This document shows, piece by piece, positions 1-10,626 of a DNA stretch of 64,000 bases. Position numbers and translations under genes: made by a program. Under the pieces are notes generated by a model. That model worked only from the letters and a program-made list of their open reading frames with translations, had not been told where the DNA came from and did not search any database. Each line of letters opens with the position of its first letter. The stretch's first letter is position 1. Origin of the DNA: Ostreococcus lucimarinus (Eukaryota); the NCBI GenBank assembly GCA_000092065.1, contig CP000591.1; one strand, written 5' to 3'.

Positions 1-298
1 GAGGCGCGAATAACGCCGCACCAGGCGAGGAGGTACGTCGCGTGACGCTTGAGTTCGTCGTTTTTCATCGCGCGCGTTGTTGAGTGCGGATGCGCGCGGG
101 CGCGATGTCCCGAGGCGCGCAGAGCGCGACGCGGCGGCGCGCGCGCGGAGAAACGCGCGCGCGCGAACGGTCGCATCGCGCGCCGTCGTCGCCGCGCGAT
201 CGGGCGCGCGGACGCGCGCGTGAGGTCGGCGTCGACGCGGCGTGACGCAAAAGACGGTTCGTGTCCAGAGCTATTTTTAAGCGAGCGGTTCGACGCGA

Positions 299-1516
299 AT
301 GGCGACGCACGTCGGCGCGAACGCGCGCGTCGGAAGCGCGCGCGCGCCGGAGGCTTCGTATATGAAACCGCTGGCGCGCGCGCGAGGGGAGAGCGGCGAG
401 AGCGGAGGGACGGAGGTCGGCGGCGGCGCGACGCTCGAGCGAGGATGGACGGGCGAAGCGCCGGCGACGCCGCGGGCGAGCTTCGTTCGGCGACGGGATT
501 CGGCGCCCGTGCATCCGACCGCGGACGACGATGGCATCGATGGCGACGGTGACGGGTTCGTCGATGGCGAGGACGATGGTGAGGATCGGTCGAGTCGACC
601 GACGCCGTCCGCGCCGCCCGCGCCGAGATCCGCGGGAGCGCGTCGGCGAGCGACGCCCGACGTCGCCGCGCCGATGTCGTGTCCGGCACCGTTGCCGCCG
701 TGGGCGGACGCACGCGCGAGGCGAAAATTCACACTCGAAGCTTTGCCGAACGACGGCACGCACGCGAGATGCCACGTGCTGCGCAAGCGCGGGCCGCTCG
801 GCGTCTTTCCGACGTACGTGCTGTATTTGGACGGACGCGAGACCACGACGGCGACGCTGGGAGACGCGGTGCCCATCTTGGTCGCGCGAAAGCGTAAAAA
901 GTCGAAGTGCACGCACTACGTCATCGGGGACGACGGCGCCGAGCGTGCGGTGAATGAGGCGCACGCCAGCTACGTGGGCAAGCTCAAGGCGAATTTCATC
1001 GGCACGCACTTCGAGTTGTTAGACTCCGGTGTCAGACCGCGCGCGTGGGGCGCGCCTCGACATCTCGACGACGAAGCTGACGACGAAGAGCAAGGGCCAC
1101 CGCGTCGCGCGCTGGCGAACATTCGATACGCCGTCAACGTTCTGGGCGCCGGCGGTCCGCGCGCGCTCTCCGTGTCGCTCCTCGGCGACGACGTCGATGA
1201 TCCGAACGCCGTCGCGCACGAGCTCGAAAGCGCGCGCCCGACCTGGAATCCATCCGCGCAGGCGTACGTCTTAAACTTCAACGGCCGAGTCACGCGTCCG
1301 AGCGTGAAAAACTTCCAACTGGTTTCCAGCGGGCTCGCCGCCGCGGGCGCGCCGTCCCGAGCCGACGCCGAGTCCCGCACTCTCACGCGCGGCGTCTTAC
1401 AGTTCGGCCGCGTCGATGACGACCTATTCACTCTGGACTTTGCGCATCCCCTGAGCCCGCTCACCGCCTTCGCCGCGTGTCTCAGCGCGTTTGAATCCAA
1501 GTTCGCGCGCGAGTGA
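299..1516 (+). CDS. Tubby-like protein (Tub C-terminal domain)
   Basis: The C-terminal ~260 aa match the tubby domain, including FTLEALP, KNFQLV and the terminal ...LDFAHPLSPLTAFAACLSAFESKFARE (family hallmark ...AFAIxLSSFDxKLACE). The N-terminal ~140 aa is low complexity, so the start is uncertain (first ATG at 299). Confidence 0.75.
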   Translation: MATHVGANARVGSARAPEASYMKPLARARGESGESGGTEVGGGATLERGWTGEAPATPRASFVRRRDSAPVHPTADDDGIDGDGDGFVDGEDDGEDRSSRPTPSAPPAPRSAGARRRATPDVAAPMSCPAPLPPWADARARRKFTLEALPNDGTHARCHVLRKRGPLGVFPTYVLYLDGRETTTATLGDAVPILVARKRKKSKCTHYVIGDDGAERAVNEAHASYVGKLKANFIGTHFELLDSGVRPRAWGAPRHLDDEADDEEQGPPRRALANIRYAVNVLGAGGPRALSVSLLGDDVDDPNAVAHELESARPTWNPSAQAYVLNFNGRVTRPSVKNFQLVSSGLAAAGAPSRADAESRTLTRGVLQFGRVDDDLFTLDFAHPLSPLTAFAACLSAFESKFARE

Positions 1517-1526
1517 GAGAGCGCTC

Positions 1527-2024
1527 ATGCCGGAGCGTCCCGGGACATCGTTCAATCGCGCGCGCGCGCCTCCGGATATCGCCGACGCGGTCGCGGTCGA
1601 AGACGTCGTGCGCGTGACGTCGTGGCACGACTTCGACGGGGACGCGCGCGTCGCGCGGTCGACGATCGAGGGCGCTGGATACGGATTGTTCGCGCGGCGG
1701 CGGTTAGCGACGGGAGACGTCGTCGAGCGGGCGACGTATTCAGGCGATGTTTTGAGCTTGGCGGAGGCGTTGAAGCTCGGAGATGACGAGAAAGCGTACG
1801 TCATGGCGATGCATTTCAACGTGCACGTAGATGCGAGACGACATTATGGGTATTTGGCGCGGTACGTCAACGACGCCGAGGGGACGCCGTTTGAGACGAA
1901 TGTGAAATTCGAAAAAGATGTGGCGCAACGTCGAGCGACGCTGCGCGCGGTGAAAGACGTGGAAGTTGGGGAAGAGTTGTTCGCGGCTTACGGACGAGGT
2001 TACTGGCGCGCGAAAGTGGGGTAA
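1527..2024 (+). CDS. small SET-domain protein (putative lysine methyltransferase)
   Basis: GAGYGLFARR...GDVV, then ARYVNDAEG (NHSCxPN-like), then EELFAAYGRGYW (post-SET). I moved the start to the second ATG (MPERPG) because the first ATG at 1491 overlaps the stop of the upstream gene. Confidence 0.55.
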   Translation: MPERPGTSFNRARAPPDIADAVAVEDVVRVTSWHDFDGDARVARSTIEGAGYGLFARRRLATGDVVERATYSGDVLSLAEALKLGDDEKAYVMAMHFNVHVDARRHYGYLARYVNDAEGTPFETNVKFEKDVAQRRATLRAVKDVEVGEELFAAYGRGYWRAKVG

Positions 2025-2104
2025 TAAATATGAATTCTTTCGATGACAAAACAATCAACGCGGCGCTCCTAATAAAATACTAACTCGCGAAAAGCGGGTG
2101 AGAT

Positions 2105-4354
2105 TCAAACCATAACCATGTCGTCGGGCTTCACGACGCTTGAACGTTCCTTCTCGTCTTCCTGTGCTTGTGCCTTCCACATGGCGGCGTACATGCCAAT
2201 CTTTGTGCCGCGACTCGTACCGTCGAGCAACTCGGCGTGCGTGCCTTCCTCGACAATTCTACCTTGTTCCATGACGATGATGCGATCGCAAGATCGAACG
2301 GTGGAAAGACGATGAGCGACGAAAACCGCAGTACGACCGCGAGCCACGTCTTCGAGACTCTCTAAGATGCCTTGTTCGGTCGCGGTGTCCAACGCGCTCG
2401 TCGCTTCATCGGCGACTAGCATGCGCGGTTCGCGCAAAAACGCGCGCGCGATGGCCACACGTTGCTTTTCGCCACCGCTTAGCTTCACACCACGCTCTCC
2501 AACCATTGTTTCTCGCCCCTTGGGCATCTGTTCGATCGTCTTGTTCAAGCGCGCGCGCGTCGCCGCCATGGCCACCTCGTCGTCATTCGCCGTCGGTCTG
2601 CCGTAGCGAATGTTGTGGTCCAGCGTGTCGTTGAAGAGCACGGTATCTTGAGGGACCACGGCGACGGAGTCACGAAGAGAATCGATCTTCAAGTCACGCA
2701 CATCGTAGCCATCGATGGAAATTTTCCCGCTCGATACGTCGTACACGCGCAAAATGAGTCGGAGCAAGGTGCTCTTCCCAGAGCCGCTCGGGCCGACGAT
2801 GCCGACGGATTCACCCGGCTTGAGTTTCAAAGAGACGCCTTTGAGAACGTCGCGACCGTTGCCGTATCGGAACGTCACGTTATCTAGCTCGAGATCTGCA
2901 CCGCCCGCGTGCGCGGGCAAGGCGATTTCACCGTCGGGGATTTTCGTTTCCGTCGCCATGATGTCGAACATTGCCTCCATGTCGACGAGCGACTGACGCA
3001 ATTCTCGATAGAAGAAACCCAAAAACTGCAGAGGCGCCCAAAGCTGAAGTAAAAGTCCGTTTGCCATGACCAAGTCACCCACACGAGACGCCAATCCACC
3101 CGCAGGATCTACTTTCCACAGCCCCAACGCCGCGCACGATAAAATTGTCGTCATCCCACATGCCAAAATAACCGCCTGCCCGGCGTTCAAAAGACTCGAC
3201 GCTCGCTCGCTTCCGAGCGCAGCTTCGTGGTAGCCGCGCAGGAGTTTGTCGTACTGCTGACTTTCTAACTCTACGTTCCCGAAGAACGTCACCGTTTCGT
3301 AGTTCAACAGCGCGTCCACCGCCTTGCCGGTGGATAAACCGTCCATGTGATTGGCCAACTTTCTCTTCTCCGCGCTCACGCCCGTCATGTGCATCGTCCA
3401 CCACACGTACGCCACGAACGTGGTCAAGACGATGACGACAAAGTGCCAAGAAAACGCGTGCCAAAGCAACCCGCACACCAGCGCGAGCTCCATCGCGGTC
3501 GGTAAAAAGGTAAACACCACGGCGCGAAACACCATGCTCACCGACCGCGTGCCGCGATCGATGATTCTCTGCAGCGCCCCCGTGCGTCGCTCGAGGTGAA
3601 AGCTCAAATCTAAGTTTAACACGTGATTAAACACCTCCAACGCCACCCTGCGTCCCGAAGCTTGCGCCACTGGGGTAAACATCACCGTCCTCAGCTCCGT
3701 GGCGACGCCGCTAATCGCCTTCAAGCACCCCGAAACCAACAACGCCGCCGCCGCCGCCTTGGCCGCTTCCGTCGCCACCATCCCCGTCGCCGCCGCCGCC
3801 GCCGTACAATGATCTACCGCAACCTTAAAAAGCACCGGCACCGCCAATCCAAAGCTCTTCTGAATCACTAAAAACGTCAAAGCCGCGCACAACCGCCAAG
3901 CCGTGCCCCTCCGCGACAGCGACACCGCGAAAAGATACGGCAGCACATCCCTCAGATCGCTCGTTCGCGGCGGCGGCGGGATCGGTCCGTCCAGACTCAC
4001 GTCCCCGGCGCGAAAATACGCGTTTTCATCGCCGCTCTCGCGCGCGGGCATCGCCATCGCGGCCGCCGCGTTCGCCTTCGTCCGCGCGGATAAGCGTCCC
4101 GCGCCGCCGCGCCGTCCCGGTCCCACCGCGATCGCCCGCGTCGTCGTCCGCGCGCTCGCGCGCGACGAAACGCGCGCCCGCGCGCCGTCGGTCCCGTCCA
4201 CGGCGCGCGTCGCGCGCGTCGTCGCGTCGGGCGCGCGCCGCGCGACGGCGAAACCGCGTCGACGTGGCAGCGGCGATTCCGTCGTCGCGTCGCGCGCGCG
4301 CGCGGACGCGCCGTCGGCGCGCGCGCGCGCGGCGACGCGCGCGGCGACCATCAT
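2105..4354 (-). CDS. ABCB7/ATM1-type mitochondrial ABC half-transporter (TMD-NBD)
   Basis: Walker A GPSGSGKST, ABC signature LSGGEKQRVAIARAF and Walker B MLVADEATSALD. The ATM1/ABCB7-specific TMD motifs VPVLFKVAVD, FLPTAMELALVCG and ALLNYETVTFFGNVELESQQYD are present. The open frame runs to 4972, but the upstream ~200 codons are an Arg-rich run. The likely start is MMVAARVAARARA (4354), which reads as an Arg/Ala-rich mitochondrial presequence. Alternative starts are 4459 or 4057. Confidence 0.8.
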   Translation of the reverse strand: MMVAARVAARARADGASARARDATTESPLPRRRGFAVARRAPDATTRATRAVDGTDGARARVSSRASARTTTRAIAVGPGRRGGAGRLSARTKANAAAAMAMPARESGDENAYFRAGDVSLDGPIPPPPRTSDLRDVLPYLFAVSLSRRGTAWRLCAALTFLVIQKSFGLAVPVLFKVAVDHCTAAAAATGMVATEAAKAAAAALLVSGCLKAISGVATELRTVMFTPVAQASGRRVALEVFNHVLNLDLSFHLERRTGALQRIIDRGTRSVSMVFRAVVFTFLPTAMELALVCGLLWHAFSWHFVVIVLTTFVAYVWWTMHMTGVSAEKRKLANHMDGLSTGKAVDALLNYETVTFFGNVELESQQYDKLLRGYHEAALGSERASSLLNAGQAVILACGMTTILSCAALGLWKVDPAGGLASRVGDLVMANGLLLQLWAPLQFLGFFYRELRQSLVDMEAMFDIMATETKIPDGEIALPAHAGGADLELDNVTFRYGNGRDVLKGVSLKLKPGESVGIVGPSGSGKSTLLRLILRVYDVSSGKISIDGYDVRDLKIDSLRDSVAVVPQDTVLFNDTLDHNIRYGRPTANDDEVAMAATRARLNKTIEQMPKGRETMVGERGVKLSGGEKQRVAIARAFLREPRMLVADEATSALDTATEQGILESLEDVARGRTAVFVAHRLSTVRSCDRIIVMEQGRIVEEGTHAELLDGTSRGTKIGMYAAMWKAQAQEDEKERSSVVKPDDMVMV

Positions 4355-4897
4355 CGCGCGCGTTTCGGCCGTCGGCGACGACGCGCGCGGCGGTGTGAAG
4401 ACGCGGCTTCGCGCGGCGTTTTCGCATTTCGACGCATTTCGACGCATTTCGCGCGACATTTCAAGACGCCGACGCGTCGAACGCGCCGCTCGCCGCGCGT
4501 CGCGCTCGGACGGCGCGCTCTGTCGCGCGTCGCGCTCGGGCGCCGACGCCGAGGGCGCGCGCGCGCGCGCGCGCGGCGGACGAGAGGAAAAGCGCGAGCG
4601 CGAGACGCGCGGCGGTTTCGTGAATCGACGCGAAAATACGAAATGACGACGCGCGTCGCGGTCATCGCGGCGCGGGTCGCGCGTCAGGGAGGCGTGACGC
4701 CTTCGTCGTCGATCAGGGCGTGCGCGAGCGGACGACAGGCGTGGGCGACGCGCGGAGGGCTGGGAATGAGCGGAGGGCAAACCTGGACGGCGAACGGCGC
4801 CGTCGCGTCGCCGGCGGCGCGACGACGGACGGGACGGCAGAACGCGACGACGACGCGCGCGCTGGGAGAGCGAGGGAAGGAAAGTCGCGGTGAAAGG

Positions 4898-6562
4898 ATG
4901 GCGATGAAGTCGTCGAAGAGCGCGACGCACGTGTCGAACTTGAACGCGGCGGCGACGCAAGAGTTGAAGCATTGGTCAACGACGAACGAAGCCGAACGAG
5001 CGGAACGCGCCGCCACAAAGGTGTTTTGCAATCGAAGTCTGAACATGAAACGAATCAACGCGATTGGATTCGACATGGACTACACGTTGGCCATGTACAA
5101 GCCGGAGACGTTCGAGATGATGTCGTATTCAGAGACTAAAAAAAAGCTGGTCGAGTCGTACAACTACCCGCGCGCGTTGCTCGAGTCGTTCGAGTTCGAT
5201 CCGGATTACATGGTGCGCGGGTTGGTGGTGGATAAGAAGAGAGGGAACGTTTTAAAGATGGATCGACACAACTATGTCAAGGTGGCGTATCACGGATTCA
5301 CGGCTTTAGACACCGATGAACGGTTGGCGACGTATTGCGAGACGAGCAAGCGTCAAAGTTTTGACGGTCCCGAATTTAGCGCTTTAGACACATTATTTTC
5401 CATGGGCGAGGCCTACCTGTTCAGCCAGCTCGTGGAGGCGAAAGATTCGGGCAAGCATGGCGAGTTTTTTGAGAGAAAGACATTCATGCAAATGTACGAC
5501 GAGATACGAGCGGCGGTTGACTTGTGTCACAGAGACGGCTCGTTGAAGCACGCCGTGGCGGAAAATCCGAGCAAGTACATCACGAAGGACGCAGACTTGG
5601 TTCCTTTGCTAAAGGCTTTGCGAGCGAGCGGGAAACAAGTGTTTTTGCTTACGAACTCTCTGTGGGATTACACAAACGTCGTCATGAATTATCTCATCGA
5701 CGACAACGTTGGCGACCAAAAAAAACTCGAATGGCTCAACTTGTTTGACGTCGTTGTGACTGGCTCGGCGAAACCGGGCTTCTTCGCTAACGATTCGGCG
5801 ACGATATTCGAAGTCGACACCGCGACTGGGCTTTTGCACAACACCGACAACGGCGCACCATTGACTCCAATCGGCAGCGTGTCGGATTCGACGCACAAAC
5901 GAGCGCTCGCGAGTGGGTTGCGCGCCACGGGCAAAGGTCCGGCGAGGGTGTACCAAGGCGGTTCGTACACGCACCTTCACGCCATGCTCGGCATTGAGAT
6001 TGGCTCGAGATTGCTTTACGTCGGCGACCACATTTATGGCGATATTTTGCGAGCGAAGAAAGAGATTGATTGGCGCACGATGCTCGTCGTCCCCGAACTC
6101 GCGCACGAAATCGACTGCCTGGAACGCATGAAGGAAAAACCGCACGCGCTCAGGCGTTTGCGCACGCTGCGCGATTCTTTGGACGATCAAGTCGCGCGTC
6201 ACGCCTGGCTCGCGGCGAACGCCGCCGACCCGAAAGCAAACGAAGAGGAGTTAGAACGCGCGAGACAACTGTCGGCGACGGCGCGCACCGCGCATCGCGA
6301 GGGTATGCGCGAGTATCACAAGTCGTTTCACTATGTCTGGGGTCAACTCATGAAGGCTGGGTCGCAGAACTCTCGTTTCGCGTTTCAAGTTGAGCGGTAC
6401 GCGTGCCTGTACACGTCGCACGTGAGGAATCTGTGGGGCTACTCGCCCGAGAAGGTTTTCCGCGCCCCCGCTGACTTTTCGCCGCACGACTTGGACACGG
6501 ACTACGACTTTCACGACTTTGACGCCGCGGTTTTGGACGACCCATCGTCCATGACTTCTTAA
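4898..6562 (+). CDS. cytosolic purine 5'-nucleotidase (cN-II / NT5C2 family, HAD-IG)
   Basis: [27 protein letters not shown] aligns to human NT5C2 [27 protein letters not shown], and HAD motif I DMDYTL is present. The start is moved to MAMKSS (4898) by homology; the track ORF begins at 4643. Confidence 0.85.
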   Translation: [554 protein letters not shown]

Positions 6563-6626
6563 ATTCGTTCGTTCGGCGCGAAATTGTTGTTGTATTACGT
6601 ACATATTAATATCACATCGTTCGAGT

Positions 6627-7643
6627 TCATCGACGAATCTTCACCTTGAGCACGCGATCGTCGCCCTCGTCGTCGTCGTCGACGTCCACCGCGATCGCGC
6701 GCGCGAGATACCCATCCATGTGTTCGATCAACTCGACGCCGACTTTACACGCGAGCTTGCGCATTGCCTGCGCCGTGCCTCGATCAAGACTCTCCCCTCC
6801 CGCGCCAAACTCGGCACAAATCGTCCCTTCACGATCGACACCGACGCTCATCGTCGCCTCCGAACACGCCGTCTCCTCCTCCGTCGCGTCCACGACGCCG
6901 TGTCTTCCAATCTTCGTCGTCGTCACCACCACGCCGCACCTCGACACGTCCACGCGCGAGCACGCCTCGGGATCGTCATCAATCTCCAACTCCCCGCCCG
7001 CACCATCCTCACCCACGCCCGCGACCGTGACTTTCGGAATCTTCGTATCCGCCAACGCCGCTCGCACGCCCACGCTCAGCGCATCCAACATCGACCCTCG
7101 ATCGCACGCGCACGCGCAGTCCACCGTCAGCGTCCACCGCGCTCGCCCCGGTTTCACGCACAACGATTTCAAATCGATCCCGAACTGCTCTCGCTTCCCC
7201 ATCCCTCGCGCGATCGCCCCATCTTCATCTCCCGCTTCCTCTCCCTCGCGTCTCCGCACCGCTTCGCGTCCGATGAGCACGGATTCCAACGCTCGCGCGT
7301 ACGTCGCCCCCAGGTTTTCCGCCGCCTCCTCCCGCGCGCGTTCGTTCCCTCCCTCCCGCGTCTTCACCGTCGCGCTCGCGTCCACGCGCACGACCACGCG
7401 TCCGCAATCCTGATCATCGTCGCTCTCTCGCACCGCCGTCACGTCCGCGCGCACCGCGACGACGCACCGCGTCGCGTTCGCGCCGTCCCCCAGCGCCACC
7501 GCCGCGCTTCCGCTCGCGCTCGGCACCGCGCGCAGCGTCACGGCGCACGCGCGGTGGTCGTCCAGCGCGCGTCCGTCGTTTCGCGCGCGCGCCGCGACGC
7601 CCGCGACGACGTACGCGCGCTCGGCGCGCGACACCGTCGCCAT
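6627..7643 (-). CDS. exosome complex RNase PH-like subunit (Rrp43/Rrp42-like)
   Basis: N-terminal RNase PH fold pattern RNDGRALDDHR...GSAAVALGDGANATRCVVAVRADV (R.DGR...E.R....GSA.v..G.T.V...V). The start is taken at MATVSRAE (7643). Confidence 0.5.
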   Translation of the reverse strand: MATVSRAERAYVVAGVAARARNDGRALDDHRACAVTLRAVPSASGSAAVALGDGANATRCVVAVRADVTAVRESDDDQDCGRVVVRVDASATVKTREGGNERAREEAAENLGATYARALESVLIGREAVRRREGEEAGDEDGAIARGMGKREQFGIDLKSLCVKPGRARWTLTVDCACACDRGSMLDALSVGVRAALADTKIPKVTVAGVGEDGAGGELEIDDDPEACSRVDVSRCGVVVTTTKIGRHGVVDATEEETACSEATMSVGVDREGTICAEFGAGGESLDRGTAQAMRKLACKVGVELIEHMDGYLARAIAVDVDDDDEGDDRVLKVKIRR

Positions 7644-7822
7644 TCGTCGCGTCGCGCGATGGCGTCGAATCCGATCGCGACGACGAATCTGCACTCGGTG
7701 ACGCGTCGCGACGCGCGCGAACGCCCGCGCGACGCGACGCGGGACGCGAAAAGCGCGCGCGCGGTCGACGCCGTCGAGGCGCGCGCGCGCGACGAAAGGC
7801 GCGACGAGAGGCGCCGATCGAC

Positions 7823-8973
7823 ATGATGCTGCAGCGACCGCCGAATCGCGACCGAACGCGCGAATTCGCCGCCGTCGCGGACCGCGTGCGGAAGACGATG
7901 GGCGCGAGCGCGAGCGCGGACGATCGGACGTCGACCGTGGGCGCGGAGGGGGCGAAGACGGCGGCGGGGGGAGGGAACGCGAGCGATTTCGCCAAGGTGC
8001 GCTCGATCGTTTATTCGAGCGCGAACGCGCGACGAAGGACGACGCGGCGACGACGCGCGCGGACGAGCGTTTCGAGGACGCGCGACTGACGACGAACGCG
8101 TGAACGATGGGTCGCGACGCGAATCAGATGGCGTCGGCGATCGGGCACGGAATTCATCGAACGTCGCTGAAGCTCGAACGGCTCAATCAGCTCGCGAAGT
8201 CGTCGTCGCTGTACGACGATAAATCGAGAGAGATAGCGGAGACGAGCGCGGTGATCAAGCTGGACATTCAAGCGCTGAATGAATCCATAGTTGAACTGCA
8301 GGGCGCGGCGGCGAGGACGCGAGAGCGAGGGGAGGCGAATAAGTCGGCGAGCGATCACAGCGTCACGGTGGTGGATACGTTGAAGAATCGACTGGCGACG
8401 GCGACGAAGACGTTTAAGGAGACATTGACGACGAGACAGGCGAACATCAAGGCTGGAGAAGAACGAAGGGCGATGTTTGGCGCGAGCGCGGGACCGAGCG
8501 CGTTCGATGGTGGGTTGGACTACCTCGGCGACGACGCGTTTTCGCGCGCCATGCGAGAAGGCGCGAGCGGATTCGGCAACTTGCAGGGGAACGCGAACGC
8601 GTTCGTGCCGCGCCCGAGCGCGCCGGGCGCAGGCGTTTCTGGGGCGCCGATGATGCAAACGCAAGGTCAAATGCAGCTTTACAATCAAAACACCGCCTAC
8701 GCCGATTCGCGGCAGGAGGCTTTGCAAAACGTCGAGCGCACCATCACCGAGCTCGGCGGCATTTTCCAGCAGCTCGCCACCATGGTGAGCGAACAGGGCG
8801 AACTCGCCATTCGCATCGACGAAAACGTCGACGACACCCTGGCCAACGTCGACAGCGCGCAAACGCAGCTGTTAAAGTATTTGAACACGGTGAGCAGCAA
8901 CCGGTGGCTGATTCTAAAAATCTTCGCCGTGTTGATCTCCTTCTTTAGCTTCTTCATAGTCTTCATCGCGTGA
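7823..8973 (+). CDS. STX5: syntaxin-5 (Qa-SNARE, Sed5/SYP3), two exons 7823..7996 and 8128..8973
   Basis: Exon 1 MMLQRPPNRDRTREFAAV matches the STX5 N-terminal Sly1-binding DRTxEF motif. Exon 2 ...ITELGGIFQQLATMVSEQGELAIRIDENV...LLKYLNTVSSNRWLILKIFAVLISFFSFFIVFIA is collinear with human STX5 SNARE plus TM. Splicing FAK|MASAIGHG restores alignment to human FTLMAKRIGKD. Intron 7997..8127 runs GTGCGC...ACTGACGA...CAG. Confidence 0.85.
7997..8127 (+). other. spliceosomal intron (predicted, 131 nt, phase 0)
   Basis: Donor AAG|GTGCGC, branch-like CGACTGACGA 36 nt upstream of the acceptor AATCAG|ATG. The intron is required to join the two syntaxin-5 homology blocks. Confidence 0.75.
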
Positions 8974-9047
8974 GCGAAACGAAACATTGTCATAATTCAT
9001 TCCCCGCCTCCGCAAGCGTTGTCCGCGCGTCGTTCGCCGTCGTATCG

Positions 9048-10112
9048 ATGTCCGATTTCTCGGCGCGGTCGCCGCCGCACATCATGAAGCGCGGTTCCGA
9101 TGCCGACGACCCGCGCGCGCCCGCGCTCACCTCCGTATCGCGCGCGGTGAGCGGTGAAACCTTTCGTATACTCACTCGCGCGTCGACGTCCGCGATCGAC
9201 GTCTCCGCGCGCGACGCGAGCGGGAAAACCTTTGTCGGAAGATTGGATTTGCAACGCGCGCCGTTTGAACGTTTCGGTGAATTCGCGCGCGCAGCGCTCG
9301 GCGATCCGCGACGCGAACGCGTCGAACGCGCGTTCACGTTCACGTTCGAGCGCGCGGAGGAGAACGGGGACGAGTACGAGCTCGTGTGGCGGTTTAGGGA
9401 GGCGGAGGCGGAGGCGACGCTGGACGACGGTGCCGAGTTTGCGACGACGCGAGCGAAGACGGCGAACGACGGGAAGAATTACGGCGCCGTTCGCACGGGT
9501 GTGTGCGGTATGAGGCGCGTGGAGAGCGACGACGCGTTTTGTGATGGAGGATTCGCGTACGAGGCGTTGGGGGAGGCGTTGGAGATGGAGGCGCGACGAC
9601 GCTTCAACGCCGAGCGAGACGGGAAGAGGGCGATCGAGGCGCGCGAAAGGGCGAATGAGAACTGCGAAACGGCGCTGCGAGAGATGGATGCGTTGAAGGA
9701 GCGATTAGCGCAAAACTTTCTATCGCTTTTAAACGAGAAAAAGAAGGGCATGAGGAAAATGGCCGAAGAGTTGGAAGCCGCGAGGGCGGAGAACGACGAG
9801 TTGAAGGCTGACCTGGCGAGCGCGAGACTGGAACACTCGAAGCCCGACGTCGACGGTTTCGTGGCGGTCAAAGGCGAGCGAAGCGTCGATGCAGACGTCG
9901 ACGAGGACCGCGACGAGAGCGAGGACGAATACAACACGGATGATGAAACGGAACGAACGCGAAGGCGCGGTCGCAAACGCGACGCGTCGCAACCGTCGCA
10001 GCGAAAATCGCAGCCATCGCAGTCGCAACCGTCGCAAAAACGCGCCCGAAATGCGACGGCGAAAAAGAAATCCTTTTTAGCCGACACCTTAGCCCTGCTC
10101 GACGCCGATTAA
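9048..10112 (+). CDS. XRCC4-like coiled-coil protein (putative NHEJ factor)
   Basis: N-terminal head domain, then a coiled coil containing FLSLLNEKKKGMRKM (human XRCC4 FILVLNEKKTKIRSL), then an acidic and basic NLS-like tail. The track ORF starts with GTG at 8970; the first ATG is 9048. Confidence 0.4.
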   Translation: MSDFSARSPPHIMKRGSDADDPRAPALTSVSRAVSGETFRILTRASTSAIDVSARDASGKTFVGRLDLQRAPFERFGEFARAALGDPRRERVERAFTFTFERAEENGDEYELVWRFREAEAEATLDDGAEFATTRAKTANDGKNYGAVRTGVCGMRRVESDDAFCDGGFAYEALGEALEMEARRRFNAERDGKRAIEARERANENCETALREMDALKERLAQNFLSLLNEKKKGMRKMAEELEAARAENDELKADLASARLEHSKPDVDGFVAVKGERSVDADVDEDRDESEDEYNTDDETERTRRRGRKRDASQPSQRKSQPSQSQPSQKRARNATAKKKSFLADTLALLDAD

Positions 10113-10155
10113 CGACGACGACGTCGATCGAAACAAACATTTAGTATTCATTCGA

Positions 10156-10626
10156 TTACAACAAACCGTGCTCCGCCATGTACTTGGCCGCCGTGCCGTT
10201 ATCGTCCTCCACCAACTGCCCGTTCTTCCAGCACCCCGTCGCCTCACCGATCTTCTTATGCTTCGCGTACTCCGCCTCGACCTCGGCCTTCGTCCCTTTC
10301 CACCCTTTCGGATACCTCGACAGCGACTGCGTCCCCATCAACCGCGCCGCCTTCACCCTCAGGTTCAGCGTGTCCCAATCCGGCAGCAAATTCTCCCTGA
10401 TCGTCCCCCACTCCTGTATCCCGTACGTCTCGATCCCCTCGTACAGTTTCGCGCGCTCCTCGTCCCCCCACTTCTTCGCGCGCGTCTCGAACACCACGCG
10501 CTTCGGTTTAAAAAATTGTTGGTCTATCGATCCATCGTCGTTCAGCGCGTCCCGTCGCGTGACGCACAGCCGCATCGCGTTCGCCCACGCGACGCGATCG
10601 TTCGCTTCGTCGCTCACCGCCGTCAT
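10156..10626 (-). CDS. SANT/Myb-like domain protein
   Basis: WGDEERAKLYEGIETYGIQEWGTIRENLLPDWDTLNLRVKAARLMG is a W-x19-W-x20-R SANT-like repeat. No further assignment is possible. Confidence 0.4.
   Translation of the reverse strand: MTAVSDEANDRVAWANAMRLCVTRRDALNDDGSIDQQFFKPKRVVFETRAKKWGDEERAKLYEGIETYGIQEWGTIRENLLPDWDTLNLRVKAARLMGTQSLSRYPKGWKGTKAEVEAEYAKHKKIGEATGCWKNGQLVEDDNGTAAKYMAEHGLL

Noticed and set aside
65-1009. Long Arg/Ala/Pro-rich ORFs on the opposite strand of nearly every gene. Examples: 65..1009-, 277..912-, 7414..7995-, 17201..17932+, 21153..22661+, 22346..23722-, 52192..53211+.
   Set aside because: Composition is what any frame of ~68% GC DNA gives (CGN/GCN codons). They overlap well-supported genes, have no motifs, and many begin with non-ATG starts. 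Treated as GC artefacts.
1491-1526. First ATG of the SET-domain ORF overlapping the Tubby-like stop by 26 nt.
   Set aside because: A second in-frame ATG (1527) avoids the overlap. Overlap is possible but the conservative choice was made.
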